This document shows positions 1 to 18,150 of a stretch of 35,108 nt of DNA, in pieces. The position numbers and the translations under genes are program-made. Source of the stretch: Hydrurus foetidus (taxonomy: Eukaryota); assembly GCA_900617105.1 (NCBI GenBank), contig UYFQ01000812.1, forward strand, positions 1 to 35,108, written 5' to 3'. How positions within the stretch are numbered: position 1 is the first letter of the stretch; each line of letters begins with the position of its first letter. The notes below the pieces were generated by a model, which was not told the DNA's origin, made no database searches, and was given only the letters and a program-made list of their open reading frames with translations.

Positions 1-12
1 CTCAATACACAC

Positions 13-1652
13 CTATGCAAACGGACGGCATCTCTTCCAAATCGATCGCTTGAGAACTGCCTTGGTCAAATCTCCTCGAGCCGTGGCGGTCAAGGAGCCG
101 ACAATGTCAAGCAGACGTTGCTTAGACTTGCCCGCTATCGCCACGTGCCTGAAAGCACAGTTGTCCCCGTATTTGCAGGAGTAGGCGCGGCCGTCCTTGT
201 TGACGGCACCCAAGACGTTTCCCAGATGCCCAACGCATGGCCTGGAGCTAACGTCCTTATTCTCATCCCCTGGCGTCACAAATGCAACAGCTGCCTTCTC
301 GTTATTTTTCCCAGCAGCTTCCTTCTTCGTCGGGGTTTTCGCCGCCGAAGCTGTATCCAAGCGTCGGATTTCCCGTATCCGAAAATGGGCCTCTCTCATC
401 ACCATAGATGGGTGATCCGAGAGCTCCATCGCCAACTTCCTGAACAAATCTGTGAGGTGCGTTGCGCAGAGCTCTGGGGTCCGTAATGACAACTCCGCTG
501 GCAGCGCCGAGCCCCGAACAGTAGCAACCTCACGGAAGAACCTCTTGAGTCCCAGTTGCACTGAGTGCTTCAAGAAATCAGAGGGAACCAGCTCCATAGG
601 CCTGCACACGCCTTCCAACTTATCAATAAAGGACTCTAAAACCTTCTCAAAGACGTCTGAGAAGCAGACTTGCATGACCATTTGGACATTTTTGAGAGCC
701 GTCACCAAGCCCGCGTTGTTGGATGGGCAAGGTGACGGCTTGCTCGAGATTTTTTCCCCAGATAAGAAGTCCTCCAAGCACTGGTGTCAGCGAGGACTGA
801 GCCGATAAGTAAAAGCTTGAGTTTACCGTTCTCAGCTAGAACCGGTAGTTTTTGAATCCGGTTCATAAGGCCGCAGGACATGAAGGCAGGGTGCCTGTCA
901 ATGACCTGCGTGTCCCCCTGTTCGAACAGCATTCCCCTATAGTACTCCGGCTGTAGGGTGACGTCGGATCTGATACCATAGTTATGTCTGACGGGGTCCA
1001 TGATACGATATGTGCACCATAACTCCCTCTCGCGTTGATGCAGGTCAGTCTTGTTCCTTGTCGAGTGCTCCCCCCCATCTAAATCTACGATGGACATACC
1101 TTTCGTTTTCCCAGAAGTGTCTTCCGCCTGCTCACCCCCTACCTCCAGTGGACGAAGACATGGACGCTTTGCGGGTTCTGCCCCGGACGCACTGCCTGCC
1201 GCAGGCTCTAGAGAGGCGCGCAGAGCTTGCAACAGGCGAGGTTGGGCCACCAGATAGTGACCCATTGAGGGAAACTTCATAAGTGCACCGACCGGGAAAG
1301 GTCGGTCCAAGGTTCCCGCCGAGAAATTGGAGCAATGACCATAAGTCATCCGGGTCTGAGGTTTCTCATGGACCTGGAAGAACATGGACTTGCACCTTGC
1401 AAGAAACTTAAAGTTGAGTGCTTCCTCTGCCTGTGGTGCATCCAATGGAATCACCACAACCGAGTTGGACGGAACCTCCGCAGCCGGAACCGAGAGGACC
1501 ATCTGCATAGCATACTGCTCGCCGTCATCGTCCGAGTACCCCGCTACGATCGACGCTGCGTGCTCCAAAGCACGCATCAGAGGCCCAGTCACCTGCGCGT
1601 ACGCTGGAAGGATCACACCGCTAGTTTCGACAGACGAAGCGGTAGCAGACAT
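13..1652 (-). mobile_element. Frameshifted gag-like ORF of a probable retrotransposon (possibly DIRS/Ngaro tyrosine-recombinase type); element truncated by the window edge
   Basis: Intronless and visibly GC-richer than the rest of the window. ATG at 1652 (MSATASSVETSG...) runs to ~780; coding continues in the -1 frame (LEDFLSGEKISS..., ORF 13..777). C-terminal C...CKYGDNCAFRH CCCH-type knuckle follows a K/A-rich linker. No RT or recombinase motif lies in the window, so the class is inferred. Confidence 0.5.
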
Positions 1653-3237
1653 AATGAAACGCGTTAGACTCCAAAGGCTAATATTAATCAAAAGATTATA
1701 AGACGATACTGTTAGTCGGTCGCGTTGAGTCGCACACGACGCTCCGTCTGCGACACGGATTGCACTCCACAGATTCGAAAACAATTCAAAAAACACAAAG
1801 CATAGCGCTGCAGTGACGAAGGGGACCGGTCTGCCACAGTATCTCGACCCAAGGTCTTCGTTGTCATCGCTTCCCCCCCCCTTAACACCATCCCCTCCGC
1901 AGCCGTCCCTATGGGAACCGGCGACGGTCAGCGGCCCTTGCTCATAGCCGCTCCAGAGAACCCGTGCTACCGAACGGTATCCATTAATTTCTGATGAAAA
2001 AAACAAAAAACGAAAAATCAGATCCCAGATCTCAGAACTCAAACTGTAGTAGGACGATGTGAAGTGTGAACTGTAAACTGCGAAATATTTACCATTTTTG
2101 TCCCAGTATTGTCCCGTTGGAAGATTCCGGTGAAATTTTCGATTTTTCAGAATGGATCCCCCCGACTCCCGAGAGCCCCGAGACTGGAAATCTGCCCGAA
2201 CCCCGAAGAGCACCAAGAGCACCGAGATAACGTCGAGTTAAATAGGATTGTTTTCGCTGTCAAAATCACGGAAATTTCTGCACGGTAATTGGAAACGGTA
2301 AAGTCTATCTCCGTCAGTTCGATGTCTTATAGGAACCTATTATCATGTCCATCTTCAGCACAGTTATTTAAGCTATACTGTCTATTTAGTTTTAGCGAAA
2401 CAATTCTGGTGATCGAAATATTTCGATCGCAAGACGTCGAACATGAATTTTCAGATCCGTGCAGAAAAATAACCACTCGTCAGAAAAGAAGTCTGACATG
2501 CTGCCATTGCATATTTTGACTATGGCAACAACATGCTTCATGCACCGCAGTTTTGTGGTGACTTTCTTTTGAGTTATGGCTGAAAAACAGTTATTTTTGA
2601 CGATTTCTGAAAACCGTTTTATCAATAATAGGGGACTTGACGGCAGACAGTTGTTGATCAGTGAGTAGGCTGTCGAATCTTTCGTTTCTCACGAAAATGT
2701 CTTTGAATGGATTTATGGAGTTGCGAATGTAGTCGGGCACTTAGGCTATCTACCTTCATGGCGACTTTGATTTTGAAAGCTCCAGTTATTCTGGAATAAC
2801 GGAGATAAATAATTTTGGAATTGACTGAAATATCTCCACTAAATCCTTGCATCATTGTGGTGTACAATCACGTAACACAATGTTCCATATCAAATTGCAC
2901 TGCTTCATCCATTTCGTATCTAATCGCCAGTGCTCCACTATGACCAGAAAGTTTTGTTCTCCGTTTCAATAATAATTTGAGTGATCACTCTATTCGATTC
3001 CGTATAAAATGTGGCACAAATACCAAATACAAATATTTGGTCAATGATAGTCGTCGGCGTACTTCGCGAAGTCATATCCGCTTTACATAATAATCAAATT
3101 TATCTGATTGACTGAGAGTAATCCCCCTGACGATTCATTTGTGCCCTTTTCCTCAATCAATCGCCAAATTTTGAAACGCAGCTGTCCGTTTTCGAAGCTC
3201 TTGTCGTCTTTCAGCTGCCTATGTTCCTATAAGAGCC

Positions 3238-4604
3238 ATGCGGCATGAAGAGCAGCTTAAGTTGGGCACTACGACAACACTTGATGAGCCGGTCTCCGAA
3301 ACGATTGTAAGGCTGGCCATGGCTCAAACTTAATAATCACCTGCAGACTCCATAGCAATCCGCTCCAATTGTGATGCGGAACTTTTGAAATATCAATGAA
3401 ATGACTCCTACCGTTGCAATTCTCTACACTTAGATGCGCGACTTGCGCCAAGTAGCTGACAAACTGAAAGTTGTTTTGCTACCTCTTGGCCAAGCGAGCC
3501 AGGACAGTGTACTTTTGAAACTGCGAGAATGTAAGCATTTATCACATGACCATATTAGAACAGCTCAAACGAGGCAGACTTTAAAGATCCTAATGGAAGC
3601 ACTCGACATTTCTCTTTACTGTCCCTTCACAATCTATTTCATAATGCGTATTTATCTTTTCAAGTTCTAAGATTTCCGCTACCCTATTTCTTCTTCTTTC
3701 CCTCATTCTTCACTTTTTTCCTTTCATTTCATTTTAGGGGATCTGTGGGGTCCTTTACTAGTTTGTTTATTGCTTTCCTCAGTACTGAGCTTCACAGCAC
3801 CCGGTGACTCCGCTTCTCTCGTCTTTGCTGCTGTCTTTGTAATTGTGTGGTGCGGAGCAGCAGCCGTTACGGTCAATGCGCAGTTGTTGGGCGGAACCAT
3901 TTCATTCTTTCAAAGCATCTGCATATTGGGATATTGCGTTTTCCCCCTCACGATTTCAAGCATATCATGCTTAATCCTAAGTTTCATCTACAAACAGGTA
4001 ATTCAAACTCAATTTTGAAGCACACACTTTAAATCTGGGTTGGTGCATGGGGATAGGGTCCTATATAGGTTTTCCAGAATATCTCTTATATTGGACCCGA
4101 TATAGGTTTTCCTTAAAAAGCATTATACACAGAGGACAGGATTCCCCCAAAAAATTGTGCACCAACCCAGCCTAAAATTGATATCAAGACTTAAATTACT
4201 TGTCAGTGAAGATTCTTTGGATCTTTCGTATAATACATAATGTAATATTTTCACACTCATTTTGAATCTTATTATTTTTTATTTCAATATATCAGCTGGT
4301 GTTGAAGATCGTCATAGTGGGTGTAGGGTTCGTGTGGAGCACGAGAGGTACGTACGTGCACAACAACACACATTTATTTAATTGCCGCAATCTTCTTCTT
4401 TGCTCCTGCAGAAATTGTTTTACACAATTTCAACAAAAGAAAAAAACTTCAATCTTCAAAAAAAGTTACATTTTTTTCTTTTTCTTTTTTTCAGCGTCCG
4501 TGGTCTTCATGAATAATGTCGTCAAGGAAGAAAGAAGAATGCTCGCTGTATTTCCTGTGTTCTTTTTCTACACCTTCATTTCTTGGCTCATATTACTTCA
4601 GTAA
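3238..4604 (+). CDS. YIPF6: Yip1-domain Golgi membrane protein (YIPF6-like), at least 5 exons
   Basis: Exons 3238-3306, 3434-3530, 3738-3997, 4296-4347, 4495-4604, all GT-AG and phase-consistent. Motifs TTLDEPVSETIMRDL, WDLWGPLLVCL, NAQLLGGTISFFQSICILGYCVFP, RRMLAVFPVFFFY. An acceptor-like site at 3214 may mean an extra upstream exon. Confidence 0.9.
4035..4170. mobile_element. MITE-like element in YIPF6 intron 3
   Basis: Perfect 13 bp terminal inverted repeats ctgggttggtgca (4035-4047) / tgcaccaacccag (4158-4170); internal direct repeat tataggttttcc; non-coding; no clear TSD. Confidence 0.55.
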
Positions 4605-4782
4605 TGAATTATATTGAGAAAACAATTTTACTTCCCCTTCCCATGTTTTCCTCTTTCTAGCGAATTTCCTAATATTTTGCTTTATTTATTTTCTCCACCG
4701 TACAAAATACTCATAATAATACACGAATTTAGTACTTCAGTCACAGAATGACTATTTTTTTTTGTCGTTTATAGTTGGTCAG

Positions 4783-4840
4783 ATCCTTTGATAAATGTGA
4801 GAGAGGAAAAAGTCCTTTGATAAATGTGAGAGAGGAAAAA
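4783..4840. repeat. Short direct duplication (~28 bp x2)
   Basis: tcctttgataaatgtgagagaggaaaaa occurs twice in near-tandem. Confidence 0.8.
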
Positions 4841-4964
4841 GGAAAAGTCTTCAAAACTCGACACGAATCAATTTCCCTCCTCAATCATTTTAAACTGAAT
4901 CAATCGATTCATATCGAGTAACAGTCAACAGGGGCATGCAAGCATTGCATACAATCACGACAAT

Positions 4965-5110
4965 AAAGTGTCTATGCAAACCCGATTTCGTTCATCTTTC
5001 CCTCTGCTTGTCTTTTGTGCACTCAAACTCAAATTCAAATTCACCATTACTGCACGCTGCTGAATTCATGTGGTGCGAGAAACGAGTGAAAACAGTTTGC
5101 AAAACGCTGG
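4965..5110 (+). mobile_element. MITE family copy A (~146 bp)
   Basis: Co-linear with 25233-25380 and with the reverse complement of 9224-9366 (shared ccgatttcgt, cttgtcttttgtg, tcacc-ttact, ctgct blocks). Degenerate TIR agtgtctatgcaaac / gtttgcaaaacgct; AAT on both flanks. Confidence 0.75.
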
Positions 5111-5788
5111 AATTCTTTTCTCCATTCGCAGTCAATTCCATTTCAGACAAACAAATGGCGACAACCAATTCAATTCGAGATCAGATTGAGACCCATTTCA
5201 AATATTGGAATTACTTATTCTCTCAAGCGAAGCTTGGATCGGCACTTTGCGAAAAGTTCGACCTAATCTGGGTTGTGTGGGCTGTTTTGCTTTGATGGGA
5301 TCTATCATACAGACTTGAAAGAATTATGACAGTGAAACAAGAATTGCAACATGTCTATCGGGCAAGACATTTGTCGATCTGTCCGACAGTATCTCGTCCT
5401 CTCTTCCTACCTCTCTTCCTTCTTTGCTTTATCTTTACTTCTCTACTTCACTTCCGCTCAATACATATTTATTGACCATCAGAACATCTGCTTCATCATC
5501 TAATTTCAGGGTTTCACATCTTTCGTCAACAATTGCCATCTTAATTATTTCTCTCTTAACAGTGGTGAACGAACACATTGAAACATAACATGGCATGGCA
5601 TGGCATGAAATGAAGTAACATTGAAATGAAATGAAGAATGTCAGAGCAACAGCAGAACAGGACGGTTCAGCAGTGTAACCACAACAAAACAGAATCAGCA
5701 ACAGGTCAGAGCAAAAGAGAACATAGAATTGTAATAAAGAAAAGAGAAAAGAAGGTCAGGAAGTATGTTACACGGAAATCTCGGAATT

Positions 5789-13371
<7,583 letters not shown>

Positions 13372-13741
13372 GATGCTACGAATTTGGTCGCTGATGCACG
13401 CAGATAGGCAAAGGATGCCAAAGCTGCTGTAATGAGCGAATTACTGGTCATAATGTAAGAAGTCTAAGTCGAAATGAATGGAAGGCTCAGTTACACCAGT
13501 TACAGTCTACAGTCACACACGTACATACTCTACGAAGTGTAAGTACTTGGGAAAGGGTGACGTTTCAAAGTTTACCGGATTTTTTTTCCCCCTCAACACT
13601 TCCGTAGCTTTTTCACTCTCGTCATGATTTCAACTCAATTGCGCTCGCTCTCTCAACTGTCTGACGTTTTGAAAGCTAAACTGTTACAGACATTATTTGA
13701 ACCTTGCAATCCAGTCTATTAATTCGCATACTATCATTGAA

Positions 13742-16700
13742 ATGGAACTAGCTCCTGAAGATAAAGTGAACATGTCCTTAGGTTCGTTGGGGAATATAAA
13801 CAACTCATCAAATTCGCGAAATCAACAACCTCGAATTTTTTGCCTCCTGCCCATTGAGATTTTGGCCTCGCACCAGTGACGCATAATTAAATCACTGCTC
13901 CTAGTGTCACAACTGAAATTTTCGCTCCCAAATTTCTCTGATCATGATACGCAGATGACCTCATCAAGGCGAAAAGGCTGAGCGCCGCCGCTGCCAAATT
14001 GGCAGCTCCTCCCGCTGCAGCAAAGAAACCAAGAGCTAAAAAGGTACTCTTCCAAGCAAGTGCAACTGATGAGTCATTTGGAGGGGCCCTATTATTCGCG
14101 TTCGGAAATAGAATCGCTGTTTATGGAAGAGTTTGACGATACATTTGATCCATGTCCATGATAATTGCCCTACTGTATGCTTCTTGATGACACTCTCACT
14201 GCAGGATTTCGGAATCTTCATCTGATAGACAGACCAGATCAGTTTCATCTGCCGCTCATTTTTATCACATGTGAGCTGAACTATTATTCCTTATATTACC
14301 ATTCAGCCAAACGCACAAGCGGCTGCTCCAAATGCCGGCAACCGCAACGCACCTCGACAAGCCACTGGAGCAGCAAATAAACCAAAGAGGAAGCCACGCA
14401 GAGGAGCAGGAGCAGGCGCCATGGATATCGTCCCTGCAGTCAGTCAGAAGGTCGCTCAGAATCTGGGCGAAGGAAAAGCGAAACGTGCAGCAGCAGTTGA
14501 CAAGGTGAATAATAGTATTTATTATGACTTGTTACAACCTTGCAAAAGAGTGCTACTCTATGAGTCCGCATCTTGGACTAGGGCATGATTTGAATAGCAT
14601 CCTCTCAGTCGATTAAGTGCACGTCATCTTGACCCCTCCCCTCTTCGAACTCTCAAGGAATTTGCTGCCTCATTATACCGCATCACAACCACTCTTCTCT
14701 TAAAATCTCCCATTTGTGACAATATCCATCCCCTGAGAGTCTTTAGCTTACAGCTACTCGTACTTTAACCCATATCAAGTACGCCTTGCTTTCTCTCTTC
14801 TCTCCATCCCCTACCACCCACTCCTCCAAATCTCAACCTCTCTCTCACCCTCGCTCTCATTTTCATAACCACTTCAATGCACTGTAGCGTCGTGGTCTGA
14901 ATGCCACAGGCAAGCCCACACGGCAACAGATGGATCTTGGAGGGGCACAGGAAGTGTCCGCAAACCGGGTAAGCATCTTCTCACTCTGGATGGGACCGGA
15001 CTGAAATCATACCGAATCTTACCAGGTTCAACCGGACCTATCAGACCGGGTAATGTGTGTTCTGGGAGGTACACGAACCTTCTGCGTTCTGCACACGTAC
15101 TAGATGCCGCGACTGACACGAATCGTGAGTACTTACAAAGAGGGAAATTGCTGAATGTGTTGAGTGCAGTGTTACAGCCAATGAGAGTTGAGTACGCACT
15201 GCACCGTAGCGGTTACAGGAATGGAGGGAAGGAGGAGGAGATGGAAGAGGAAGAAGAGGAGAAGGGGGTGAATGGAGGAGTATGATGTCGCCAATCCCCC
15301 GTTAGACTGATGGTCGCAGAAGCCAGTGTTGACGTTACATTCATTCCCTTCCGAGTTGTCATCATCCTTGCCACTGTGGACTGTCTCCTCTACTTCTCTC
15401 ACGAACGGATAGTGGGTCTAGGAATCACGATGGAATGTAACGCACGCACTTACTGACGTGCTGGCGTACGTACTGACTGAACGACTGACTGACGGGTGAC
15501 TCAACATCTATGAGTCAGTTGACCTCGGACCGGATATAGTGCGTCAGTGCTGTCTTCTCTTAGACTCTCCTCCTCTCCTCTCCCCCTTGTTTCCATCTCC
15601 TCTCTTCCCTCTGTATCAAGTCGCACAACACCTTCCCCTTGTCATACCAACTGCTCTTCACTTCTTACGGGATCGGTTCTTCACTTGGGGGGTCGCGTTC
15701 TATGCTATTGTGCAAAGCTTATACAGCTCTTACGGCATCATTGCACTGCGTTACGTCGTATCCAGCTCAGCTCAACACTCAGTCTCCTCTTTGAGGCCCT
15801 CTCGAGATTCTTTACTTCTCTTCTCTCCTCTTCTCTCCAGAGCCCACCATTTTCAATTTTGAAAATCTCCCTCTCTCTTTCTCTCTCTCGCGGGTATGCA
15901 ACTGACGTGTTCTGCCAATTCACGGGAGTTATACCGCGACATACGGCATAATTATACCGGCAACTGCAGCACCTTTGCGAAAGACTACTCAGTGAGATTC
16001 GATAATTGAGGTGGTCATTTGAGAACTTTCAAGTACTCGACTTAGCACTGTTCCTCACTCTCCAATAGTATCTCATGATATTTCTGCCTTATATTACTTC
16101 TCTGTCCATTGGCCTATCTACTGACGCACAATACGGCGAAGGGAGCTAGTGCAGAGATGAGATTTACATAATGTGCGAGAATAGAAGGAGATCGATGAGA
16201 CGATGACTGAAGGCCTGAGTCGAGGAATTCAGACTTGGAAAGGTAGAGGAGAGGAGAGAAAGGAAAGAGAGGAGAGGAAGGAAAGAGAGGAGAGAAAGAG
16301 AGTGGGTGTGAGTGCTCATCGGTCAGACGTGTTGACCGACTACTGGCTGTGCTGATTGACTCGCACTGTCGAGTTGTGGTTGATAGAACGATATGAATGT
16401 CGCGCATGCAATGCAGATCATTATGAGGCGCTGTAAGCAGCACACATGATGTATGCATTGAGGATGTACGATACAGTGAAGAAGAGAAATGAAGAGACGA
16501 GTGAAAGTGCATGGGTTGGAGACGAGGGAGACGATAATAACGTGCAGTCGAACGTACGTAAGCGCGTATATCAGAAGTACAGTACGGCGTACATGTAACA
16601 CCATACGGTCGATCAGAATGTATCCTGGAATCATGGATCCATAGTCCGATGGCTTTCCTTTTGTTGAGAGGCGAATCATCTTGCAATGTCTTTTGATCAT

Positions 16701-18150
16701 TGATGACATCTGTGCCTGTGTTACCGGAACAGAATGAAATGTCCAAATGAAATCGAATTTCAGGTGGAAATGATGATTTCAGCAGTGCATGAAGCATTCA
16801 AGATTTCAGCAGCGTTTCCAGTATGTATTTCGGACATTTTATTCTGTTCCAGTGATGCAACACTTGATGTGTAGGGCAGATTGTTTTTTCTACTCCTCCA
16901 TAGAACACAAGCATCAAATTGTGGATGTAGCATCAAATTGTGGATGTAGCATCAAATTGTGGATGTAGCATCAAATTGTCTTGACGTCATCTATTTCGCA
17001 GTATTACAAGTTTACATCATCTCATCTCTCTCTTCCGTTTCTTCTTCCTCCATTTCTGTCACTGTTCTCTCCCTGCCTTTCCTCTCCTTCCTCTTTCCCC
17101 TTTCCTTCCCTTCTCTCTTCTCCTCTCCACTCTCCTGTCGTTCTCTACGCATTCCTACTACTCCTTCTTTTATTCCTACTTCATTTAGAGGCGTCAAGAT
17201 AGAAAGAAAGCCGCCCTTAGAGACAGCAAAGCTAACGGGGCTCGGCCAGTATCTGCCCGGCAACCGGTTAAAAACGGCCTAAAGATTTCTTTCAAGCCAG
17301 CTGATCTGAACAAGACAACTGACAAATCCGTGGCGCTGCAGGTAAGCATTTATTTCCACTATTTCTTATTTTCTCCTCCTTTTCGCTTGATGCATTATTT
17401 CCCTTTTCTTCCTGCAGTAATTCCCTCCCTTCCTCTTTTCTCTCCCTCTCCCCACATCCATCTACCATTAGCTCCCTTTCCCCTTTCTCTCTTTTTTCCT
17501 GTCTTTGTCCCACTCTCTCCATCTCTCTTCTTCATCGTCACACCCTCCTTCCTTTCACCCTCATACCTTACTCACGACCACCTTCCTCTCACTCTCTCGC
17601 GCATCAGATCCGTGCAGTGCTGTCGAAGCAGAGAGGTGATGGAGGTCCAGGCGCAAAGAAGGGAAACAACAATGGTGGAATTATCGGAAACTCGGTACGT
17701 ACAGGACATTCAATTCGTGCTTTACTTTTTCAAAGTCCATATGCATAAGGACATGTATCAGTGTTCATACTTATATTTGAAACTATATTGTGATACTCTC
17801 TCTTTGGTTCTGCTTTACTACTTGAGACCTATCTGACATGTCATAAAGTGTGTCATTACGATTGCTACGATGACGCGTGGGATCATTTTCTATTGCCCAT
17901 TAAATCGCCATATTCGAATGTTGCCAAGACAGCGAAGACTCACTTTACATACTCACTTATCTACTCCTTGTCTACTCTCTGCAAACGAATCGATTTTACA
18001 AGTTTTACGATGACTTTCTTCTATTTCTCAACGGTGTCAATTTTATGTGCGATTTTTATGGAGCAGAGTAGATCTGTATCGAGTGTTGGTGCAGGTGGGA
18101 ACAACAACAACGGAGGAGGGGCGAGAAACAGAGGAGGAAGAAGAAATTAA
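13742..18150 (+). CDS. Basic nuclear RNA-binding protein with N-terminal UAP56-binding motif (ALYREF/UIF/CHTOP-like mRNA export adaptor), 7 exons, ~243 aa
   Basis: Exons 13742-13781, 13955-14043, 14307-14504, 14888-14968, 17189-17341, 17608-17694, 18067-18150 total 732 nt, GT-AG and in frame. Starts MELAPEDKVNMSLDDLIKAKR (matches the DKxxMSLDDIIK motif of ALYREF/Yra1/FYTTD1); K/R/A/G-rich body; ends GGGARNRGGRRN; no RRM seen. Confidence 0.75.
15046..16870 (+). ncRNA. Predicted large structured intronic RNA (four hairpin domains) in intron 4 of the UAP56-binding-motif gene
   Basis: Nested co-linear helices found by eye across 15046-15960, 16027-16240, 16319-16616 and 16706-16870. Non-Watson-Crick positions are mostly G:U on the + strand. 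No match to a ncRNA family I can recognise. Confidence 0.55.
16910..16979. repeat. 19 bp tandem repeat (~3.7 copies)
   Basis: Unit agcatcaaattgtggatgt, just downstream of the structured intron region. Confidence 0.9.

Noticed and set aside
745..790. Programmed -1 ribosomal frameshift between the two element ORFs (GGGGAAAAAA run on - strand)
   Set aside because: The heptamer GGGAAAA is not in X_XXY_YYZ register with the upstream frame; a simple indel is more parsimonious.
1653..2222. N-terminal 190 aa of ORF 702..2222
   Set aside because: Starts at a non-ATG codon in AT-rich leader-like sequence; protein-like composition begins at ATG 1652.
2289..2867. Short ORFs and an 18 bp perfect palindrome (gatcgaaatatttcgatc, 2411-2428)
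   Set aside because: No recognisable motifs or consistent splice model; one short palindrome is not informative.
14066..14226. Possible box C/D snoRNA or hammerhead (CTGATGA...GAAA; TGATGA...CTGA) in intron 2 of the UBM gene
   Set aside because: Hammerhead stem II does not pair, and I could not identify an rRNA-complementary guide or terminal stem.
16222..16236. AATTCAGACT resembling the RNase P RNA CR-V motif; telomerase RNA also considered for this intron
   Set aside because: No matching CR-I/P4 partner in a suitable position and no CCCTAA-type template found.
16114..16797. 227 aa and 128 aa minus-strand ORFs within the structured intron
   Set aside because: No recognisable domain, include low-complexity translation, and are antisense to the host gene; RNA structure on + explains the region better.
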